Shown here piece after piece: positions 57,797 through 64,000 of a stretch of DNA of 64,000 bases. The notes beneath the pieces are model-generated. The model was not told the origin of the DNA, searched no databases, and saw only the letters and a list, made by a program, of their open reading frames with translations. The translations under genes and the position numbers were made by a program. Every line of letters begins with the position of its first letter. Position 1 is the stretch's first letter. The DNA comes from Burkholderiaceae bacterium (GTDB lineage: Bacteria; Pseudomonadota; Gammaproteobacteria; Burkholderiales; Burkholderiaceae_E): positions 2,968-66,967 of the forward strand of contig JAJTYR010000015.1 of the NCBI GenBank assembly GCA_021463505.1. Direction: 5' to 3'.

Positions 57797-58606
57797 ATGG
57801 ACCAGGATCCGGACATCGCGGCCGAACTGGCGGCCGACGACGCGGCGCCGGCGGGCTCGGCGATCCTGCGTGCGATGCGCGTGATGGAGGTGATCGCGTC
57901 GAGCGAGGTGCCGCCGCAACTGGCCGACATCTGCAAGGCGGTCGAGTTGCCCAAACCGACGGTGTTTCGCATTCTCGCGACGCTCGAGGCGGCCGGCCTC
58001 GTGGGCCGCGAGCCGGGCAGCAAGCGGTATCACTGCGGGCGCCGCCTGGGCGCGCTGGCCGGCGAGGTGCTGCTGAATTCGCCGGGTCGTGCGGCGCGGC
58101 ACGCAATCCTGGAAGAACTCGTCGAACACACCGGCGAGACCTGCAACCTCACGATCCCGAACGGCAACGCGGTGATCTACCTCGATCGGGTCGAGACCGC
58201 GTGGCCGCTGCGGATCGCACTGGGCGTGGGCTCGAGCGTGCCGCTGCATGCGTCGGCCAGCGGCAAACTGTTTCTGGCCTACATGACGAAGCGCTCGCGC
58301 GAGCGCTTCGTCCGGCAATGCCCACTGGTGCGGCATACGCGCAAGACGCTGACCGATCCCCGCGCGCTGGCCGCCGAACTCGATCGCGTTCGCGCGCAGG
58401 GCTATGCGACCGACGATGAGGAGTATCTCGCTGGCATCTGCTGTGTCGCAGTGCCGGTGCACGGCGCCGACGGCCGGGTCGTTGCCGCGCTGGCCATGCA
58501 CGCGCCGGTGCCGCGGCTGGCGCTGACCGAGGCGACGCAGTTCGTGCCGGCGATGCAGGCGGCCGCCGAGGCGATGGCGCAGACGATCGACTGGCAGGCC
58601 CCGTGA
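57797..58606 (+). CDS. IclR-family transcriptional regulator
   Basis: 269 aa. The HTH segment is LADICKAVELPKPTVFRILATLEAAGLV, and the effector domain contains GETCNLTIPNGNAVIYLDRVE...SASGKLFLAYM. Confidence 0.9.
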   Translation: MDQDPDIAAELAADDAAPAGSAILRAMRVMEVIASSEVPPQLADICKAVELPKPTVFRILATLEAAGLVGREPGSKRYHCGRRLGALAGEVLLNSPGRAARHAILEELVEHTGETCNLTIPNGNAVIYLDRVETAWPLRIALGVGSSVPLHASASGKLFLAYMTKRSRERFVRQCPLVRHTRKTLTDPRALAAELDRVRAQGYATDDEEYLAGICCVAVPVHGADGRVVAALAMHAPVPRLALTEATQFVPAMQAAAEAMAQTIDWQAP

Positions 58607-59799
58607 CGATCCTGGTCCTGAACAGCGGTTCGTCGAGCTTCAAGTTCGCGGTCTACGCCCGGGTCGAAGGGCCCTGCGGAGCATCGGGCGGGCTGCGCGA
58701 GCAGCTGCGTGGACAGGTGCACGGGCTGCCGGATTCGCCGGTCATGACCTGGCGTGCCGATGGCAGGCAGGGCGGCGAGATCGTGCTGCCGGCGCCGGCC
58801 GATCAGCGCCGCGCATTGCGCGAGGTGCTCGCGCACCTGCGCGAGCAGGGCCGGATCGACCGGGTCGAGGCAGTCGGGCACCGCGTGGTGCACGGGGGCG
58901 AGGCGCTGGTGGCGCCGTGCCGGGTCGACGCCACGGCGCTGCGGCTCATGGAGTCGCTCGAACCGCTCGCGCCGTTGCACCAGTCGCATTGCGTGGCCGG
59001 CATCCACGCGATGGCGACGATCGACGCCAGCCTTCCGCAGGTGGCGTGTTTCGATACCGCCTACCACGCGACGCAACCGCGCCTGCACACCACGATGCCG
59101 CTGCCGGTTTCCTGGCGCGACCGCGGCGTGCGGCGCTACGGCTTTCACGGATTGTCGTTCGAGTCGATTGCGCAGCAGCTGCCCGGATTGCTGGGCGCGC
59201 TGGCCGACGCCCGGATCGTGGTCGCGCACCTCGGCAGCGGGGCCAGCGTCTGCGCAATGCGCGAGCGGCGCTCGGTGCGTACCAGCATGAGCCTGTCGAC
59301 GCTCGACGGGCTCGTGATGAGCACGCGGCCGGGGGCGGTGGACATCGGCGTCGCGCTGTTCGCGCAGCGCCAGCTCGGCATGGACCTCGACACGCTGTCG
59401 CGCGGGCTGTACCACCAGTCGGGTCTGCTGGGCCTGTCAGGCATCTCCGGCGACATGCGGGTGCTCGCCGCCAGCGACGATCCGCGTGCGCGCTTCGCGA
59501 TCGAGGCCTTCTGCCAGCGCGCGGCGCAGGAAATCGCGACGAGTGCGGTCGTGCTGGGCGGCTGCGACGCGATCGTCTTCACCGCCGGCATCGGCGAGAA
59601 CGACGCCGGGGTGCGTGCGGCGATCTCGGGTCTGCTCGGCTGGATGGGCGCTCGCATCGATGCTGGCGCGAACGCGGCCCAGGGGCCGCGGCTGCACGCA
59701 GCCGATTCGGCGATCGGACTGTGGGTGGTGCCGACCGACGAAGAGGGTGTGATCGCGCGGCACACCGCCGCGCTGGTGTGCGGGCACGGCCAGAACTGA
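58603..59799 (+). CDS. ackA: Acetate/propionate-family kinase
   Basis: 398 aa. ILVLNSGSSSFKF, GHRVVHGG, AHLGSGASVCA and FTAGIGEN are present. The GTG start overlaps the IclR stop. Confidence 0.88.
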   Translation: MTILVLNSGSSSFKFAVYARVEGPCGASGGLREQLRGQVHGLPDSPVMTWRADGRQGGEIVLPAPADQRRALREVLAHLREQGRIDRVEAVGHRVVHGGEALVAPCRVDATALRLMESLEPLAPLHQSHCVAGIHAMATIDASLPQVACFDTAYHATQPRLHTTMPLPVSWRDRGVRRYGFHGLSFESIAQQLPGLLGALADARIVVAHLGSGASVCAMRERRSVRTSMSLSTLDGLVMSTRPGAVDIGVALFAQRQLGMDLDTLSRGLYHQSGLLGLSGISGDMRVLAASDDPRARFAIEAFCQRAAQEIATSAVVLGGCDAIVFTAGIGENDAGVRAAISGLLGWMGARIDAGANAAQGPRLHAADSAIGLWVVPTDEEGVIARHTAALVCGHGQN

Positions 59800-59810
59800 G
59801 GGCCCGGGCT

Positions 59811-60581
59811 TCAGGGTGTGAGCGTCGCCCCCAGGGCCGCTGCCGCCTCGCGCATCACCGGCAGCAGGCCGATCGCGCGTGCGAGCGACAGTCGTCCGAT
59901 CGGCGCGTGCGTGGCGAGCGCGGCGATGGCGTCGCCGTCGTGGCCCGACACCGGTACCGCGATGGCGATCAGGCCGAGCAGGAACTCCTCGCGATCGAGA
60001 CTGTACCCCTGGCGTACGATCGCGCGCATCTCCTTGTCGATCGCCTTCGATTCCAGCAGGGTGTTCGGCGTCTCCGCCCTGAGAGGCCGTGCCGCCAGCA
60101 GGCGCTCGCGCTGCGCCTTCGGCATGTGCGCCAGGAACAGCTTGCCGCTGGCCGTACAGTGCAGGGGCACCCGCGAGCCGGGTTCGAGGTGCAGGCGCAG
60201 CGGCCATGCCGACTCGACGCGATCGATGTAGAGGACCTCGGCGCCGGCGAGCACGGTCAGGTTGCAGGTCTCGCCGATGTGGTCGACGAGACCGCGCAGG
60301 ATGGCATGACGTTCGGCGTTGGCGGCGCCATGCAGCAGTGCGCGCAGTGCGAATTGCTGCGCGACCGGCCCGAGCAGGTAGCGGCGTTCGCTGCCGGTAC
60401 GCAGGATCCATCCGGCCTGCTCGAGGTGGGCGCACAGCCGGTGGATCGAGGGCTTGGGCCAGCCCAGCTGCAGCGTCATCCGGTGCAGCGACAGGCCTTG
60501 CGGATGACGCGCGAGCTCGGACAGCAGGGCCAGCGTCCGGGCCGTGACCGAACTGCTCAGCGCAGTGCCGCCGGCAGCCAC
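59811..60581 (-). CDS. IclR-family transcriptional regulator (paralog of 57797-58606)
   Basis: ARTLALLSELARHPQGLSLHRMTLQLGWPKPSIHRLCAHLEQAGWI and GETCNLTVLAGAEVLYIDRVE...TASGKLFLAHM are present. No in-frame ATG exists near the expected start, so GTG 60581 is proposed; this overlaps the dctM 3' end. Confidence 0.8.
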   Translation of the reverse strand: MAAGGTALSSSVTARTLALLSELARHPQGLSLHRMTLQLGWPKPSIHRLCAHLEQAGWILRTGSERRYLLGPVAQQFALRALLHGAANAERHAILRGLVDHIGETCNLTVLAGAEVLYIDRVESAWPLRLHLEPGSRVPLHCTASGKLFLAHMPKAQRERLLAARPLRAETPNTLLESKAIDKEMRAIVRQGYSLDREEFLLGLIAIAVPVSGHDGDAIAALATHAPIGRLSLARAIGLLPVMREAAAALGATLTP

Positions 60582-61867
60582 AGTGCGATCGCCGGGAACC
60601 ACAGCACCAGCAGCAGGCCGATCACCTGCAGCACCATGAACTGGAGCATGCCGGCATAGATGTCGCCGAGATCCCACTGCGGCACCACGCCCTTCAGGAA
60701 GTACGCCGACAAGGCGACCGGCGGCGACATCCACGCCGTCTGCAGGCACACCGCCACCAGGGTGCAGAACCAGACCAGGTCGATGCCGAGCTTCTGGATG
60801 ATCGGCAGGAAGATCGGCACCACCACCAGCACGATCGGTACCCATTCCAGCGGCCAGCCGAGCACGAAGATCAGCGCCAGCATCATCAGCAGCATGATGG
60901 TGGGGCTGAACTCGAAGCCGAGCAGCAGGTTGGCGATCCAGTCGGCGCTGCCCAGCCGCGAGAACACCGATCCGAAGTAGTTCGACGCGGCCACGAGCAG
61001 CAGGATCATGCACGAGACCTCGACGGTGGACATCATCGCGCGGCGCAGGCCCGGCCAGGTCATTTTCCGGTAGGCCAGCGTGAGCAGCAGGGTCGCGAAG
61101 GCGCCGACCGCGCCGGCGTCGGTCGGCGTTGCGATGCCGGCCAGGATCACGCCGAGCGTGGCCATGATGACCAGGACGACCGGCACCGCACCGAGCACGA
61201 GTTCGCGCAGCACCTCCGGCAACGGGCGGCGCTCCGATGCCGGCAGTGCCGGGCCGAGGCTCGGGTTCCAGTAGCTGCGTGCCAGTGTGTAGACGATGAA
61301 CAGTCCCGACAGCAGCAGCCCGGGGAACACCGCCGCGGCAAACAGGTCGGTGGCCGGCACGCCCACCACCGGCCCCATCACGATCAGCATGACCGATGGC
61401 GGAATCAGGATCCCCAGCGTGCCGCCCGCGGTGATCGCGCCGGCGCTCATGCGCACGTCGTAGCCGCTCTTCATCATCGCCGGGGCCGCCATCACGCCGA
61501 GCAGGGTGACCGAGGAGCCGACGATGCCGGTGGCCGCGGCGAAGATCGTCGCCGTGATGATCACCGCGAGATAGAGTGAACCGTTGACCCCTGCGAGCAG
61601 CAGTTGCACGCCACGGAACAGCCGCTGGATGAGCCCCGACTCCTCGAGCAGGTAGCCCATGAAGAGGAAGAAGGGCACCGACGCCAGCGTCGGGTCGCGC
61701 ATCACCGAGAACACCTGCAGCGTCATCAGGTGGATCGCCAGGTCGCCGAGCGCGAAATACCCGACCCCCAGCGAGATCGCGATCAGCGTGAACGCGATCG
61801 GAAAACCGATGAAGATCGCAACGAACAGCACTGCCAGGGCAACGAGCCCGATGATCTCCGGGCTCAC
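60557..61867 (-). CDS. TRAP transporter large permease subunit (DctM family)
   Basis: The GTG start gives (M)SPEIIGLVALAVLFVAIFIGFPIAFTL. The protein is about 436 aa and polytopic. The start overlaps the dctQ-type gene stop. Confidence 0.88.
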   Translation of the reverse strand: MSPEIIGLVALAVLFVAIFIGFPIAFTLIAISLGVGYFALGDLAIHLMTLQVFSVMRDPTLASVPFFLFMGYLLEESGLIQRLFRGVQLLLAGVNGSLYLAVIITATIFAAATGIVGSSVTLLGVMAAPAMMKSGYDVRMSAGAITAGGTLGILIPPSVMLIVMGPVVGVPATDLFAAAVFPGLLLSGLFIVYTLARSYWNPSLGPALPASERRPLPEVLRELVLGAVPVVLVIMATLGVILAGIATPTDAGAVGAFATLLLTLAYRKMTWPGLRRAMMSTVEVSCMILLLVAASNYFGSVFSRLGSADWIANLLLGFEFSPTIMLLMMLALIFVLGWPLEWVPIVLVVVPIFLPIIQKLGIDLVWFCTLVAVCLQTAWMSPPVALSAYFLKGVVPQWDLGDIYAGMLQFMVLQVIGLLLVLWFPAIALWLPAALR

Positions 61868-62400
61868 AGCCAGACGCCCCGGCGCGCTGCGACCACGCTC
61901 TTCACGAATTCGGAGACGCCCTGCAGCAGCATCAGCGCGGTGGCCAGCGGGATCGACAGCTTGAACGGCCAGACGATCGGCATCCAGGGGCTGGTGACCA
62001 TGCGTTCCTCGCGCACCCAGGAAGCCCAGAAGAAGTCCCAACCGACCACCAGGAAGGCGATCATGGCGGGGAAGAAGAACAGCAGGTAACAGGTGGCGTC
62101 GACCGTGCCCTGGGTGCGCACCGACCAGTCGGCATAGAACATGTCGGTGCGGATGTGCCCTTTGCGCATCAGCGTGAACGCCGAGCCGAGCATGAAGAAG
62201 CTGCCGTACAGCATGTAGGTCATGTCGTACGCCCAGGTGGTCGGCGCGTTGAACAGATAGCGCGCCCCGACCTCGTAGACGAGGCTCGCAACCATCGGGA
62301 TCAGCATCCACGACACCGCGCGCCCCGACCAGAGCGCGACGGCGTCGAGGGCGGCGACGAAGCGGGCGAGCCGCTCCGTGCCGGCGGGCGCGCCGCTCAT
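61864..62400 (-). CDS. TRAP transporter small permease subunit (DctQ family)
   Basis: It starts MSGAPAGTERLARFVAALDAVALWSGRAVSWMLIPMV. It is 178 aa with four predicted TM segments. The start forms an ATGA overlap with the dctP-type gene. Confidence 0.85.
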   Translation of the reverse strand: MSGAPAGTERLARFVAALDAVALWSGRAVSWMLIPMVASLVYEVGARYLFNAPTTWAYDMTYMLYGSFFMLGSAFTLMRKGHIRTDMFYADWSVRTQGTVDATCYLLFFFPAMIAFLVVGWDFFWASWVREERMVTSPWMPIVWPFKLSIPLATALMLLQGVSEFVKSVVAARRGVWL

Positions 62401-63503
62401 TTCTTCTCTTGCAGCGCGGAGTTGCCCATGTTGGTGTACAGCGCGTTGATCTTGGTCCAGTACGGCACCACCGTCTTCGCGAACATGCGCTGCGACTCGA
62501 GCACTTCCTTGAAGAACGCGTCTTTCGCCGCGTGCCGGTCGAGCACGACGTTGGTGGCCTTGATGAACGCCGGGAAGAAGTCGGCCGGCGTGTCGTGCAC
62601 GACGACCTGCGAGTCTTTCTTCAGCTTCTCCAGGGCAAAGGCGTTGCGCGCGACGTTGAACACGTAGGTCTCGGCGATCGTGGCCATGGCGGAAGTGCGC
62701 AGGATCTCCCGGATCTCCGGCGATTGCCGGTCGAACCAGGCCTTGTTGAAGATCACCTCGCCCACGTCGGTCGCCTGGTGCAGCCCCTGCAGGTAGTAGT
62801 GCTTCCAGACCCGGTGCAGCCCCAGGTTCACGTCGTCGGCCGGGCCGATCCACTCGGCGGCGTCGATCACGCCACGCTGTGCGCCCGGGACGATCTCGCC
62901 GCCGGGCATCGCCACGGCCGAGACGCCCATCTCCTTGAAGATCTCGCCGGTGATCCCGGGAGGCGAGCGGTACTTCATCTTCTTGAAGTCCTCGACACTG
63001 TTGATCGGCTGCTTGAACCATCCGAGGGGGTCGGGACCCATCGGCTGCAGCATCATGCCGACGACCTTGACCTTGAGCACCTCGTTGAACAGACGGTCAT
63101 ACAGCGCCTGGCCGCCGCCTTCGGCCAGCCAGGCCATGTGCGAGAGCTGATCCATCCCCGAACCGGCGCCGGCCATCGGGTTCGAAAACAGGCCCGCGGC
63201 GGGGTGCTTGCCCGACCAGTAGTGAGTCCAGGCGAAACCGCCTTCGACAATGCCCTTGTCCACCGCGTCGAGGATCTCGAACGCCGGCACCACCGCGCCA
63301 TCGGGGAGGACGTCGATCTTGAGCTTGCCGGCGGTCATGCGGTCGACGCGCTCGGCGTAGCGTTTCATCAGTTCGAAGTAGATGCTCGCAGTCGGAACCG
63401 CGGTCTGGATGCGGACTTTCTGTTGCGCCGATACGCCGCCTGCGATCGTGAGGCCGCCGACGGCGAGTACCGTCGCGGCGAGCTTGCGAAGCCAGGGTTT
63501 CAT
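62397..63503 (-). CDS. TRAP transporter substrate-binding protein (DctP family)
   Basis: It starts MKPWLRKLAATVLAVGGLTIAGGVSAQ after a GGAGGAGAG RBS, and is 368 aa. Its type resembles the mannitol/chloroaromatic (COG4663-like) TRAP SBPs. Confidence 0.85.
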   Translation of the reverse strand: MKPWLRKLAATVLAVGGLTIAGGVSAQQKVRIQTAVPTASIYFELMKRYAERVDRMTAGKLKIDVLPDGAVVPAFEILDAVDKGIVEGGFAWTHYWSGKHPAAGLFSNPMAGAGSGMDQLSHMAWLAEGGGQALYDRLFNEVLKVKVVGMMLQPMGPDPLGWFKQPINSVEDFKKMKYRSPPGITGEIFKEMGVSAVAMPGGEIVPGAQRGVIDAAEWIGPADDVNLGLHRVWKHYYLQGLHQATDVGEVIFNKAWFDRQSPEIREILRTSAMATIAETYVFNVARNAFALEKLKKDSQVVVHDTPADFFPAFIKATNVVLDRHAAKDAFFKEVLESQRMFAKTVVPYWTKINALYTNMGNSALQEKK

Positions 63504-63753
63504 CTCTCCTCCACGCTGTTTCGATTCGGTGATTCCGGGGCGCCGGTGCCGGGGCTGCCGCACCCGGTCATCCGGAGCACGGCAGACGCTATCACCGGGC
63601 GCGTCGCGCCGACAACGTCCGGGATCGACCGGGCGTTCCGAAAAATGTGAAATGGAATTCCGCCCGATTGAATCCGCTCGGCGCTTCCGATTCAATTCCC
63701 GTCACGTCGCGTCCCGGGGTTCGGGTGCGCGGTCAACCGGCACGGACGCGGCT

Positions 63754-64000
63754 ATGGACGAGTACGACTACATCGTGGTGGGAGCGGGATCGGCGGGCTG
63801 CGTGATGGCGGCGAGACTGAGCGCGGACGGACGCCACCGCGTGCTGCTGCTCGAGGCCGGGCCGAGCGACCGCGATCCGTGGATTCACGTTCCGATCGGC
63901 TACGCGAAGACGATGTTCAACCCGGTGCTGAACTGGATGTTCCGCACCGACGCCGACCCGGGGATGAACCGGCGCCAGGTCTACTGGCCGCGGGGCAAGA
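63754..64000 (+). CDS. GMC-family FAD oxidoreductase (choline-dehydrogenase-like), N-terminal part only (runs off the right edge)
   Basis: Own translation: MDEYDYIVVGAGSAGCVMAARLSADGRHRVLLLEAGPSDRDPWIHVPIGYAKTMFNPVLNWMFRTDADPGMNRRQVYWPRGK. This is the classic GMC N-terminal FAD motif. Confidence 0.85.
   Translation, partial: MDEYDYIVVGAGSAGCVMAARLSADGRHRVLLLEAGPSDRDPWIHVPIGYAKTMFNPVLNWMFRTDADPGMNRRQVYWPRGK

Overview
High-GC (roughly 68-70% by eye) chromosomal segment with betaproteobacterial-type gene order. The left ~6.65 kb (1-6653) is the right-hand end of an integrative element inserted at the 3' end of the tmRNA gene ssrA (6654-7016, minus strand, tag ANDERFALAA). Its genes are all on the minus strand. 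Reading from the att side inward they are a P4-type tyrosine integrase, a low-GC 237-aa hypothetical protein, AlpA, a Cys-rich hypothetical, a short SSB-like protein, a Toprim/DUF927 primase-helicase, and a further ORF that runs off the left edge. The left boundary and any cargo lie outside the window. The most unusual signals are non-coding. Two patches of GTAAC/GTTAC-centred repeats sit inside coding linkers, including a perfect 21-bp inverted repeat 1.76 kb apart. A GTTACCCC repeat set lies between int and ssrA, and twin CCGAATTCGG palindromes lie upstream of alpA. The rest of the window is conserved core genome. It holds PaaX-like regulator + AidB-like acyl-CoA dehydrogenase; tandem cyanophycin synthetases, the second with a visibly degenerate and truncated Mur-ligase module; and a divergent ABC exporter with a long N-terminal extension plus a DUF1854 protein. 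These are followed by ubiG, an HAD phosphatase, ompA-family, mtaD-like, gyrA, pheA-hisC-tyrA-(antisense small gene)-aroA-cmk-rpsA-ihfB-lapA-lapB-hldA-comEA-ubiA, proC, murJ, rpsT, yggS, pilT-pilU, infA, DUF481/NlpE-like envelope genes, a THUMP methyltransferase, hemJ, proA, holA, lptE and leuS. After leuS come a decayed PQQ-sugar-dehydrogenase pseudogene, a TonB-dependent receptor, a tandem USP, a Bug/TctC binding protein, IclR-ackA-IclR, a dctPQM TRAP transporter and the start of a GMC oxidoreductase. Many long ORFs in the supplied track are antisense or out-of-frame high-GC artefacts and were not called. No CRISPR array, rRNA or tRNA gene was seen.
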